Assembly: GCA_963742735.1 (NCBI GenBank)
Contig: CAVUMN010000003.1
Coordinates: forward strand, 128,001 to 192,000
Origin: an uncultured Actinomycetes bacterium
GTDB taxonomy: Bacteria; Actinomycetota; UBA4738; JBBDTT01
DNA length: 64,000 nt
Direction: 5' to 3'
In this document: piece by piece, positions 19,328 to 28,856 of the stretch
Layout of the letters: each line of letters begins with the position of its first letter
Numbering within the stretch: position 1 is the first letter of the stretch
Position numbers and translations under genes: made by a program
Notes under the pieces: generated by a model
What the model was told of the DNA's origin: nothing
Databases searched by the model: none
The model's input: only the letters and a program-made list of their open reading frames with translations

Positions 19328-22300
19328 CTGAGCACCGAGCCACCGCCCGGCACCGAGATCCTCACGTTCCTGATCGCGGACGTCCGCGGCTATACGATGT
19401 TCACCCAGGAGCGCGGCGATGAGGCCGCGGCCAAGCTCGCGGCGAAGTTCGCGGAGATCGCCCGCGAGGGGATCGAGACCCTCGGCGGCTCCCTGATCGA
19501 GCTGCGCGGCGACGAGGCCCTGGCCGTGTTCGCCTCGGCCCGGCAGGCCATCCGCGCCGCCCTCGCCCTGCAGGAGCGGTTCGTCGACGAGACCCTGGCC
19601 GACCCGGAGATCCCGCTCCTGGTCGGGATCGGCCTCGACGCCGGCGAGGCCGTCCCCGTGGAGGGCGGGTACCGCGGCGGCGCCCTCAATCTCGCGGCGC
19701 GGATGTGCGGCCAGGCCGGACCCGGCCAGATCCTGGCGAGCCGGGAGGTCACCCACCTGGCCCGGCGCCTGGAGGGCGTGCGCTACGTCGATCAGGGCGT
19801 GCATTCCTTCAAGGGGCTCACCGAGCCCGTCGGCGTGATCCGGATCGAGCCCGAGGAGGGCGACGCCGAGTCCCGGCTCCGACCCATGATGCCCGTCCCG
19901 GCGAAGCCGCAGCGCCGATGGCTGCCGCGAACCACGCGAGGCCGCATCGTCGCGGCGGCGGTCGCCCTGTCTCTACTCGCCGGGGCCGTCACCGCCGGCG
20001 TTGCCGTCCTCGGCGGTTCGGATATCTCGATCGGCCCGAGCGCGGTCGGGGTGATCGATCCGGGCGACGGGTCGGTCGTCGAGCGGGCCGACATCGCGGC
20101 CGGACGGGGCGGGATGGTCTTCGGCGAGGGGGCGGTGTGGGCAGCGGGCTCACGCCACGGCTCGGTCCTGAAGATCGATCCCGAGACGCGCGCCGTCGTG
20201 GACACGATCGATATCAGCGGGGAGGCGAGCGGGATCGCGGTCGCCGGCGATCTCGTGTGGGTCTCCGTGGCGAACCAGGGACGCGTCGAGCGGATCAATC
20301 CCTCCACCAACAAGGTGGTTGGCTCAGCGATCCGGGTCGGGAACGGCCCGGCCGGGATCGCCGCGGGCTTCGACTCGGTGTGGGTGGCGAACCAACTGGA
20401 CGCCACGGTCTCGCGGATCGATCTGGAGACAGGGGAGGTGCAGGCCCGGATCCCGGTGGGAGCGAGCCCCACCGGGGTCGCCATCGCAGCCGGCTCCGTG
20501 TGGGTGACGAACGCCGGAGAGGGGTCCGTCACGCGGATCGACCCAAAGACCGACCAGAAGACCCCGGTGGGCGTCGGGAACGGCCCGGCGTCGATCGTGG
20601 GCTCCGACGAGGCGGTCTGGGTGGCGAACGCCTCGGACGGCACCGTCTCGCGCATCGAGCCGGATAACACCGTCGCCGCCACCGTCGAGGTGGGCGCCGG
20701 GCCCGCGGCGATCGCCCTCGCCGGCGAGGACGTGTGGGTGGCCAGCGAGTTCGCGGGGACGGTGTCGCGCATCGATCCCGGTTCGAACGGCGTGGCCGGA
20801 AGCGTGGACGTCGGCGCGGGCGCACACGCCCTCGCGGCCGTCGGTGACCAACTCTGGGTGGCAACGGGCGCCGCGGCCGACGCCCGCCGTGGGGGGACGT
20901 TCACCTTTGTCTCGGAGGGGCCGCCCGATTCGATCGACCCTGCGTATGCGTACTCCATCGAGTCGTGGGCCGTGCTGGTGGCGACCAACGACGGGCTGGT
21001 CGGCTACCGGAAGGTCGGAGGGCAGGACGGGTCGGCCCTCGTCCCGGACCTCGCCACCTCGCTGCCCGAGCCGACCGACGGCGGCCGGACCTACGCGTTC
21101 ACCCTTCGGCGCGGCATCCCCTACTCCTCCGGAGGGGTCGTCCGCGCCCGCGACGTGCGCTCCTCGATCGAGCGCGTTCTCCGAGCACGGCCGGCGTCTC
21201 CGGGCGCGTTCTTCTTCGAGGCGATCGTCGGCGCGGAGGGGTGCGGCGGCGACCCGGATGCGTGTGATCTCTCGCGCGGCATCGTGACGAACGACGATAC
21301 GGGGTCGGTCACCTTCCACCTCTCGCGGCCCGATCCGGACTTCCTGTACAAGCTCGCCTTGCCGCTCGCGCACGTGCTGCCAGAAGAGGTGCGGGCCGCC
21401 GATCTCGAATCCACGGGTCCCCTCCCCGCGACGGGGCCGTACGTCATCGCGAGCTACACCCGGCCCGCCCGCGAGGGGGCCCAGGGAAGCCTGGAGCTGG
21501 AGCGCAACCCGCGGTTCCGGGTGTGGTCGGGAGCGGCCCAGCCCCCGGGGAACCCGGACCGGATCGTATGGCGGATGGGACCGGGCCTCGACGAAGCGGT
21601 CGACTTGGTCCGCGACGGAGACGCGGACTGGGCGGTGGGATCGCCGGAACCGGATCGGCTCGAGGAGCTGAGGACTCGCTACGCCCATCGGCTCCACGAA
21701 TATCCCCAGCTCGCCACCGTCGGGTTCGCTCTCAACACGCGGGTGCCGCCCTTCGACGACGTGGATGTGCGACGTGCGGTCAACTACGCCCTCGACCGCG
21801 GGGGAGCCGCGGCCTTGCTCGGGGAGGGACCGGTCACGTGCCAGATCCTGCCCCCCAACTACCCGGGCTACCGGCCCTACTGTCCGTACACCGTGGACGG
21901 CGGCGACGGCGTCGAGTGGGCCGCGCGGGACCTCACCCGCGCCCGCCGCCTGGTGGACGCGTCGGGATCCTCGGGCGCGAAGGTGACGGTGTGGACCTTC
22001 CATGGGCCTCCGTTCGGTTCGAGGAACGTGGGAGAGCGCGTCGCCGGGGTGCTTCGCGAGCTCGGCTTCAAGGCCACGGTCCGCGTCATGGAGGACGTGG
22101 GCCGGTACTTCGAACTGGTCTCGAACTCTGGGACGCGCGCCCAGATCTTCGCCGTGGGTTGGGCCCAGGACTACGCCGCGGCGTCGAACTTCCTGGACGT
22201 GCTGTTCAGCTGCGACGCGTTCGTGCCGAACGACCCGTTCCAGGCGAACTACTCCGAGCTCTGCGACCCCGAGATCGACGGGCTGATCGAAGAGGCCTAC

Positions 22301-22489
22301 GAGCTCCAGGTAACCGACCCCAGCGCCGCTGGGGAGGCGTGGGCGGCGGTCGATCGCGCGATCGTCGACGCCGCGGCGTGGCTCCCCATCGCGAACCCGG
22401 CCGGGTTCGACTTCGTGTCCGAGCGCGTCGGCAACTACCTCCATCACCCCCAATGGGGGCTGCTGCTCTCCCAGGTCACCGTCCGCTGA
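19328..22489 (+). CDS. Membrane receptor: class III nucleotide cyclase - TM - YVTN/Vgb-like beta-propeller - family 5 solute-binding domain
   Basis: TFLIADVRGYT...GDE...LNLAAR cyclase; one TM helix; repeated VWVAN...VSRIDP blades; LVPDLA, DVRRAVNYALDR and ERVGNY..HP motifs of SBP5; probable CTG start at 19328. Confidence 0.85.
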   Translation: MSTEPPPGTEILTFLIADVRGYTMFTQERGDEAAAKLAAKFAEIAREGIETLGGSLIELRGDEALAVFASARQAIRAALALQERFVDETLADPEIPLLVGIGLDAGEAVPVEGGYRGGALNLAARMCGQAGPGQILASREVTHLARRLEGVRYVDQGVHSFKGLTEPVGVIRIEPEEGDAESRLRPMMPVPAKPQRRWLPRTTRGRIVAAAVALSLLAGAVTAGVAVLGGSDISIGPSAVGVIDPGDGSVVERADIAAGRGGMVFGEGAVWAAGSRHGSVLKIDPETRAVVDTIDISGEASGIAVAGDLVWVSVANQGRVERINPSTNKVVGSAIRVGNGPAGIAAGFDSVWVANQLDATVSRIDLETGEVQARIPVGASPTGVAIAAGSVWVTNAGEGSVTRIDPKTDQKTPVGVGNGPASIVGSDEAVWVANASDGTVSRIEPDNTVAATVEVGAGPAAIALAGEDVWVASEFAGTVSRIDPGSNGVAGSVDVGAGAHALAAVGDQLWVATGAAADARRGGTFTFVSEGPPDSIDPAYAYSIESWAVLVATNDGLVGYRKVGGQDGSALVPDLATSLPEPTDGGRTYAFTLRRGIPYSSGGVVRARDVRSSIERVLRARPASPGAFFFEAIVGAEGCGGDPDACDLSRGIVTNDDTGSVTFHLSRPDPDFLYKLALPLAHVLPEEVRAADLESTGPLPATGPYVIASYTRPAREGAQGSLELERNPRFRVWSGAAQPPGNPDRIVWRMGPGLDEAVDLVRDGDADWAVGSPEPDRLEELRTRYAHRLHEYPQLATVGFALNTRVPPFDDVDVRRAVNYALDRGGAAALLGEGPVTCQILPPNYPGYRPYCPYTVDGGDGVEWAARDLTRARRLVDASGSSGAKVTVWTFHGPPFGSRNVGERVAGVLRELGFKATVRVMEDVGRYFELVSNSGTRAQIFAVGWAQDYAAASNFLDVLFSCDAFVPNDPFQANYSELCDPEIDGLIEEAYELQVTDPSAAGEAWAAVDRAIVDAAAWLPIANPAGFDFVSERVGNYLHHPQWGLLLSQVTVR

Positions 22490-22566
22490 CCGGAGGTCGT
22501 AGTCGCGCGAGCGTCGAGCCGGTACGATCGGGGCCCCCCGTCCCCGATCCCGAGGAGCCACCCACC

Positions 22567-23916
22567 ATGCGCATCGTCATCGTCGGCGCGGGCCACGTCG
22601 GGCTCGTCTCGGCGGCCTGTTTCGCCGCCGTAGGCCACGACGTCATCGCGCTCGACATCGACGAGGCGCGCATCGAGTTGCTCCGGGGCGGGGAGTCGCC
22701 GTTCTTCGAGCCGGGCCTCGACGAGCTCCTGCGGGCGGGTACGGCGGCGGGCCGCGTCGCGTTCACCACCGATCCGTTCGAGGCGTTCGCGGGCCGCGAG
22801 CTGGCCTTCCTGTGCGTGGCCACGCCGAACGACGAGCAGGGCAAGGTGGACCTGCGCGGCGTGGTCGCGGCCGCGCGAACGATCGCGCATCACGCCGATC
22901 CGGGCACCGTCCTGGTGAACCGAAGCACCTCCCCGGTGGGCACCGCCGGGTACGTTCGCTCGATCATCGAGGAGGGCCGGGAGGGCGACGTGCAGGTCGC
23001 CGTCAACCCCGAGTTCCTGGCCGAGGGCACGGCCGTCCGCGACTTCCTGTATCCGGACCGCGTGGTGATCGGCGCGTGGGATCCGGAGGCGGCGGGACGG
23101 GTCCAGGCGGCGTACGACCCGATCATCGCCCGGGACCTCCCCGCCGACCTGCCGGACGGCCTCGGGTCGCCGCCGTACGACACCGAGGCGCCGGTCCCCG
23201 TAGTGATCACCGGCCCGCCCACCGCGGAGCTCATCAAGTACGCGGCCAACGCCTTCCTGGCCATGAAGATCTCGTTCATCAACGAGATGGGATGGATCGC
23301 CGAGGAGGTGGGCGGCGACGTCACCGAGGTCTCCCGGGCGGTCGGGCTCGACCGCCGGATCGGCCCCCACTTCCTGAACGCCGGGATCGGGTGGGGCGGC
23401 TCGTGCTTCCCGAAGGACATCGTGGCGCTGCAGGGCATGGCGGCGACGCACGGCCTGGAGGCCCGGCTGCTGAAGGCGGCCAACGATGTGAACGCCCACC
23501 AGCACCTGTGGGTGGTGCGCAAGCTCCAGCGGCACCTGAAGACCCTCGTCGGGCGGCGGGTGGCCCTGCTCGGGCTGGCCTTCAAGCCGAACACCGATGA
23601 CCTCCGCAACGCTCCGGCGCTGGAGATCGCCGTGGAGCTCGCCCGCTCGAGCGTGCGGGTCAAGGCGTACGACCCCATCGTCAAGGAGCTCCCCGAGGAG
23701 TACGCCGGCGTGATCGAGCTTGCCGACGACCCCATCTCGGCGGCGAGCGGCGCGGAGGCCGTCGTCCTGGTGACCGAGTGGCCGCAGTTCCGCGAGCTCG
23801 ACCTGAACGCGCTGGGCTCGGCGATGCGCGAGCGGCTATTCCTGGACGGGCGGAACTACCTTGACCCCGAGACCGTCCGAGCCGCCGGGTTCACCTACGT
23901 CGGCGTCGGCCGCTAG
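22567..23916 (+). CDS. ugd: UDP-glucose/GDP-mannose dehydrogenase
   Basis: VGAGHVG, NPEFLAEG, IKYAANAFLA, GGSCFPKD and GLAFKPNTDD motifs. Confidence 0.93.
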   Translation: MRIVIVGAGHVGLVSAACFAAVGHDVIALDIDEARIELLRGGESPFFEPGLDELLRAGTAAGRVAFTTDPFEAFAGRELAFLCVATPNDEQGKVDLRGVVAAARTIAHHADPGTVLVNRSTSPVGTAGYVRSIIEEGREGDVQVAVNPEFLAEGTAVRDFLYPDRVVIGAWDPEAAGRVQAAYDPIIARDLPADLPDGLGSPPYDTEAPVPVVITGPPTAELIKYAANAFLAMKISFINEMGWIAEEVGGDVTEVSRAVGLDRRIGPHFLNAGIGWGGSCFPKDIVALQGMAATHGLEARLLKAANDVNAHQHLWVVRKLQRHLKTLVGRRVALLGLAFKPNTDDLRNAPALEIAVELARSSVRVKAYDPIVKELPEEYAGVIELADDPISAASGAEAVVLVTEWPQFRELDLNALGSAMRERLFLDGRNYLDPETVRAAGFTYVGVGR

Positions 23917-25236
23917 GCCCCAGGCCGGCCGCCACCCGCGGGTCACCTCGCGTACCCGGGCCCCCAGCTCCGCCTCGTCGACGTTCGTCAGGACCCCGTC
24001 CTGGACGATCGTCTCGCCGCCGACGATGACCCGCCGGATCGCGGCAGGCTGCATCGCGTAGACGGCCTGCTTCTCGGCGGTGGCGCTCGGCTGCATCGAG
24101 AGCGCCTCGAGGTCCAGGACGACCAGGTCGGCGGCGTGCTGCGGCGCGATGCGCCCGACGGGCAGGCCCAGGGCCTCGCCGCCCAGGGAGGTGCCCATCG
24201 CGAGGACCTCCTCGGCCCGAAGCGCCGACGCGTCGGCCAGCCGGCCCTTCTGCAGCAACGCGGCCATGCGCATCTCCTCGAACACCGACTGCCGGCTGTT
24301 CGTGCACCCGCCGTCGGTGCCCAGGCACACCCGGATCCCCCGCTCGCGCATCTCGCGCACGGGCGCGATCCCGTCGCCCAGGAACAGGTTCGCCGAGGGG
24401 TTGTGGACCACGCTGACGCCGCGCTCCGCCATCACCGACAGGTCCTCCTCGTCGACCCACACGCAGTGGACCATCAGGGTCCGGGGGGACAGGACCCCGA
24501 GCGAGTCGAGATAGCGGACCGGCGACAGCCCGTGCTGCTCCAGGCTCTGTTCGCGCTCGTAGCGCCCCTCCGCGACGTGGATGTGGAACGGGACGTCCGC
24601 CTCCTCGGCGATGGCGGCCCCGGCCACGATCATGCCCGCGCTCGCCCCGTGGACCGAGTGCGGCGCCGGCTGGGCGAACGCGCGCGTGTCGCCGCGCAGC
24701 GCCTCGCGGAGCGCCCGGACGTTCTCCGCCGCCCGGTCGGGCGCCTCCTGGTAGCGCTTCGGCGCGCCGGTCCAGTCGTACATCGTTCGGGCGAGCACGA
24801 TGCGGATCCCCACCTGCCGCGCCGCCCCGATCACGGCCATCGCGTTCTCGTTGCCGCCGTCGTTGAGATAGAAGAAGTCGGCGACGGTCGTGATCCCGGC
24901 CCGCGCCATCTCCGCGAAGTCGAGCAGGGCGCCGGCCTCGATGCCGTCACGATCGAGCTGCTCCGAGAACGGATACAGCACGCGGTCCCGCCACGCCATG
25001 AACGGCAGGTCGTCGCCGTAGCCGCGGAGCAGGACCTGGAACGAGTGGGCGTGCCCGTTGACCGTCCCGGGGACGACGGCGACCTCGCCCCAGTCCTCCG
25101 CCGGCTCGCCGGGGAACTCCAGGGCCAGCTCGCCGGGCTCGCCCACCGCCTCGATGCTTCCGCCGCGCATCACGAAGGCGTGGTCGCGCTCCCACCGGCC
25201 GTCGGCGAGGACCAGGCGGGCCGAGACGAGGGTCAT
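23836..25236 (-). CDS. Metal-dependent amidohydrolase, probable formimidoylglutamate deiminase (HutF-like); true stop probably near 23913
   Basis: NGHAHSFQ, APHS, HIHVAE, VHCVW and LGTDG metal ligands; divergent from hutH. Confidence 0.75.
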   Translation of the reverse strand: MTLVSARLVLADGRWERDHAFVMRGGSIEAVGEPGELALEFPGEPAEDWGEVAVVPGTVNGHAHSFQVLLRGYGDDLPFMAWRDRVLYPFSEQLDRDGIEAGALLDFAEMARAGITTVADFFYLNDGGNENAMAVIGAARQVGIRIVLARTMYDWTGAPKRYQEAPDRAAENVRALREALRGDTRAFAQPAPHSVHGASAGMIVAGAAIAEEADVPFHIHVAEGRYEREQSLEQHGLSPVRYLDSLGVLSPRTLMVHCVWVDEEDLSVMAERGVSVVHNPSANLFLGDGIAPVREMRERGIRVCLGTDGGCTNSRQSVFEEMRMAALLQKGRLADASALRAEEVLAMGTSLGGEALGLPVGRIAPQHAADLVVLDLEALSMQPSATAEKQAVYAMQPAAIRRVIVGGETIVQDGVLTNVDEAELGARVREVTRGWRPAWGLAADADVGEPGGSDGLGVKVVPPVQE

Positions 25237-25300
25237 GCCTACCCTTCTACCACGCCCTCCCGGCTTGCCCGTCGGGACGGGGCGCGCCTAGGGTCCGCCC

Positions 25301-26828
25301 ATGCCGGTGGAGGTTGGCGGGACCCTGTCCGTGGAGGAGGTCGTCCGGGTGGCCGCGGGCGAGGCCGTCGCCGTCGCGACGGGGGCTCGCGAGCGCATGG
25401 CCGCCGCGCGCGCGGTCGTGGACGCGAAGGTGGCGTCCGGCGAGACCGTGTACGGGGTCACCACGGGGATCGGCGACCTGGCCACGGTTCGCATCCCTCC
25501 CGAGCGGGTCCGGCAGCTGCAGCACGACATCCTCAAGAGCCACGCGGTCGGGCTGGGTCCCCCGCTGTCGGCCGAGGAGACCCGCGCCATGCTGCTCCTG
25601 CGGGCGCACGTCCTGGCGAGGGGGTACTCGGGCGTCCGGCCCGAGGTCGTGGACCTGCTGGTCGAGCTCCTCAACCGGCGGATCCATCCCGGTGGTCCCC
25701 GAGCAGGGTTCGCTCGGGGCGTCGGGCGACCTGGCGCCTCTGGCCCATCTGGCGCTGCCGCTCATCGGCCTCGGCGAGGTCGTGCACGGCGGCCGGGTTC
25801 GTCCCGGGGCCGAGGCGCTCGCCGCCGAGGGCCTCGCCCCGCTCGAGCTCGAGGCCAAGGAGGGGCTCGCCCTGGTGAACGGCACGCAGGCCATGCTCGC
25901 CGTCGGCCTGCTCTCGCTGGCCCGCGCCGAGTCGCTGGCCCGCGCGGCGGACGTGGCCGCGGCCATGACGGTGGAGGCCGCGCTCGGCTCGAACCGGCCG
26001 TTCGACGCGCGGCTCCACGAGCTTCGGCCGCACGCCGGCCAGATCGCGTCGGCGGCCAACCTGCGAAGGCTCACGGACGCCAGCCAGATCATCGAGTCGC
26101 ACCGGGAGAGCGCGCACCTGGTCCAGGACGCCTACTCGCTGCGATGCGCGCCCCAGGTCCACGGCGCCTTCCGCGACGCGGTCGCCCACGCCCGCGCCGT
26201 CCTGGAGACGGAGATCGACTCGGTGGTCGACAACCCGATCGTCCTGCCGGAGTCGGGGGAGGTTCTCTCGGGCGGGAACTTCCACGGCCAGCCGGTCGCG
26301 AACGCCCTCGACGGGCTGGCCGCGGCGACGGTCTCGCTCGCCTCCATCTCCGAGCGGCGCCTCTACCGCATCCTCGATCCCGCGCACTCGCACGGCCTGC
26401 CGGCCTTCCTGGTCGAGGAGAGCGGCGTGAACTCCGGGTTCATGCTCGTGCAGTACACCGCGGCCTCGCTGGTCTCGGAGTCGAAGTCCCTGGCGCATCC
26501 CGCGGGCGTCGACTCGATCCCGTCCTCGGCCGGCCAGGAGGACCACGTGTCGATGGGCATGACCTCGGCGCGCCACGCCCGGGCCTGCGTCACGAACGCG
26601 GAGGCCGTGGTGGCGCTGGAGGCGTTCGCCGCGGCGCAGGCCCTCGACTTCCGGGCACCGCTGATTCCCGGCGCCGGGTCGCGGGCCGCCCTGGCGGCCG
26701 TGCGCGAACGGATCCCCCACCTGGACCGGGACCGGGAGATCCGGACCGACCTCCAGGCCGCGGTGGATCTGGTGCGCTCGGGATCGCTCGTCGGCGCGGT
26801 GGAGGTCGCGCTCGGCCCGCTCGCCTGA
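25301..26828 (+). CDS. hutH: Histidine ammonia-lyase; one apparent +1 indel near 25689
   Basis: VYGVTTG in the first frame; GSLGASGDLAPL (MIO), VQDAYSLRC, GGNFHGQP and QEDHVSMG in the second. Confidence 0.93.
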
Positions 26829-26840
26829 CCGGCCGTGCCG

Positions 26841-28061
26841 CTAGACGGGGCGGCCCTCGACCCACACGGCCGCGACGGGGTCGTGCCCCGGGCGGTAGGG
26901 GACCATCGCGAAGTCCGCCGAGTCCAGGACGACGAAGTCCGCGCGCTTGCCGGGCTCCAGCGAGCCGGCCTCCGCGTCGAGCCCGAGCACCCAGGCGGGG
27001 TTGATCGTCGAGGCGGTGAGGGCCTCCGCCGGGGGGATCCGGTAGAGGCCGGCGGCCGTCGCGATGGCGTGGGGCATCGAGGCGGTCGGCGAGGTCCCCG
27101 GGTTCAGGTCGGTGGCGATGGCGATCGCCGCGCCGGCCGCCAGGAGGTCGCCGGCGGGCGGGGGGGCGGCGCCGAGGAACAGGGTCGATGCCGGGAGCAT
27201 CACCGCGACGATCTCCGCGCCGGCCAGGGCCTCGATCCCGGCGCGGGAGACGTGGTTGAGGTGGTCGGCGCTGCGCGCCCCCGCGGCGACCGCGACCTCC
27301 GCCGCCCCCGAGGGCCCGAGCTGGTCCGCGTGGCAGCGCAGTGGCAGGCCGAGCCCCATCGCGACCTCGGCGACCCGCGCGAGGTCCTCCAGGGAGAACG
27401 CGATGTCCTCCACGTAGACGTCCACCGCGTCCACCAGGCCCTCGTGCGCGGCGACGGGGATCAGCTCGCGGCACACGGTGTCGACCCACTGCGAGCGCTC
27501 CATCCCCGGCGGGACCGCGTGGCAGGCGAGCAGGGTGACCGTCGCTCGCTGCGGGATCCGCTCGGCCAGGGCTCGGGCCAGGCGCGCCTGGCGGAGCTCG
27601 GCCTCGACGGACAGCCCGTAGCCGGTCTTGAGCTCGAGCGCCGTCGTCCCTCCCTGGAGGGCCTCCTCGGCGAGCGCGGCGGAGAACTCCAGGACGGCCT
27701 CGTCCTCGGCCTCGGCGAGCATCCGCGCGCTCCGGAAGATCCCGCCCTCGCGTCCGTGGAGGTCGCGATAGCTCGTGCCGGCCAGGCGCGCGGCGTGCTC
27801 GTCGGCCCGCCAGCCGGCGAACGGGAGGTGGGTGTGGCAGTCGACGAAGCCGGGGACGATCGCGCCCCGCACCCGGTCGGTGATCGCCCCGGTCCAGCCG
27901 GACGCCGGCCCGGCGTACCTCACCCGGCCGTCCTCGAACGCGAGCACAGCGTCGGGGATCACCGTGGCGGCCTGTCCGGGGCCCCGGCGGGGCGGCGGAG
28001 GTCCCGCCAGCGTGTACAGGGCGGGTGTGTGTACGGCGTTTGAGGGAGGGGGACTAGTCAT
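26841..28061 (-). CDS. hutI: Imidazolonepropionase
   Basis: PGFVDCHTHLPFAG.R..E, KTGYGL, HADQL, SADHL and ATDLNPGTS motifs. Confidence 0.93.
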   Translation of the reverse strand: MTSPPPSNAVHTPALYTLAGPPPPRRGPGQAATVIPDAVLAFEDGRVRYAGPASGWTGAITDRVRGAIVPGFVDCHTHLPFAGWRADEHAARLAGTSYRDLHGREGGIFRSARMLAEAEDEAVLEFSAALAEEALQGGTTALELKTGYGLSVEAELRQARLARALAERIPQRATVTLLACHAVPPGMERSQWVDTVCRELIPVAAHEGLVDAVDVYVEDIAFSLEDLARVAEVAMGLGLPLRCHADQLGPSGAAEVAVAAGARSADHLNHVSRAGIEALAGAEIVAVMLPASTLFLGAAPPPAGDLLAAGAAIAIATDLNPGTSPTASMPHAIATAAGLYRIPPAEALTASTINPAWVLGLDAEAGSLEPGKRADFVVLDSADFAMVPYRPGHDPVAAVWVEGRPV

Positions 28062-28070
28062 TTATGACTA
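28055..28070. promoter_or_regulatory. Perfect 7-2-7 palindrome TAGTCAT-TT-ATGACTA over the hutI start, candidate operator
   Basis: AT-rich inverted repeat in a very GC-rich background. Confidence 0.5.
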
Positions 28071-28206
28071 CAGGAAATTGGCCCGTATGGACCCTTCATG
28101 GAGATGGCAGTCACCCACAGAATACGGGGAGCAACATCAGCATGAACCTGGCGGCTCTGGTCGCTAGGAAAGCAGCGTGACGAGAGGGCGCTCGAACGCT
28201 GCATGT

Positions 28207-28252
28207 GCCAGGGGGGGACGCGCGGGCAGTCCCCCACCTGGCTTTTTCTTTT
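28207..28252 (+). terminator. Rho-independent terminator on the + strand
   Basis: GCCAGGGGGGGAC / GTCCCCCACCTGGC stem followed by TTTTTCTTTT. Confidence 0.8.
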
Positions 28253-28287
28253 CCTTGGGGTGGTTCGCCGGTGGCAGGGCCGGCCCT

Positions 28288-28794
28288 CTAACAGGTGAGC
28301 TGGCCGACGAAACAGCTGGTGCCGGGCTTCCAGATCATCAGCGCGAGGACGACGAGGAAGAGCAGCGACAGGATCATCCCGAACATCCGCGCGCGCTTCC
28401 CCAGGCCCTGGAGCTCGGCCGCCGTTTCCGGGCCGGCGGTCCCGGCCATCATCGCGTCGAGCTTCTCCTTGATCTTGTGTCCGATCGGCCGATTCACGAA
28501 GACGCCGATCGACCACGCCACGATGAAAACCGCCACCGCGATGAGCAGCCAGGTCGTCTTCCAGAACTCGTAGCGCCGGGTGAAGATCAGGGCGGCGCCG
28601 AACAGTGGAGCGAGCGTGAAGGCGGGAAGGACCAGCCGGCTCTCGATCATGTTATTGATCTTTACGCCGAACGACGCGAACTGAGGCTCCTTCTGGATGC
28701 CGGCCGCGATAATGCCGAACACGGGCGTCGGCCCGAATGCCACGATGATCGACAGGATGTGCAAGAACAGCCAGATCTTTGACCACGTCGACAT
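28288..28794 (-). CDS. DUF2269-like four-helix membrane protein
   Basis: LFLHILSIIVAFG start, four TM helices, LMIWKPG end; AAGGAG RBS. Confidence 0.75.
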   Translation of the reverse strand: MSTWSKIWLFLHILSIIVAFGPTPVFGIIAAGIQKEPQFASFGVKINNMIESRLVLPAFTLAPLFGAALIFTRRYEFWKTTWLLIAVAVFIVAWSIGVFVNRPIGHKIKEKLDAMMAGTAGPETAAELQGLGKRARMFGMILSLLFLVVLALMIWKPGTSCFVGQLTC

Positions 28795-28856
28795 GACGTC
28801 TCCTTCCCCGATCGCCGCGGGCCATCAAATCCGCACCCGAGCCCGGAGTCAATGAG

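Noticed and set aside
25670-25710. Programmed frameshifting in hutH, metB or the flavoprotein gene
   Set aside because: There is no slippery heptamer, these families are not known to be recoded, and several similar indels point to sequencing error.
28155-28182. GGAAAGCAGC resembling the SRP RNA domain IV motif
   Set aside because: The upstream CAGG-stem-GNRA tetraloop context required for 4.5S RNA is missing.
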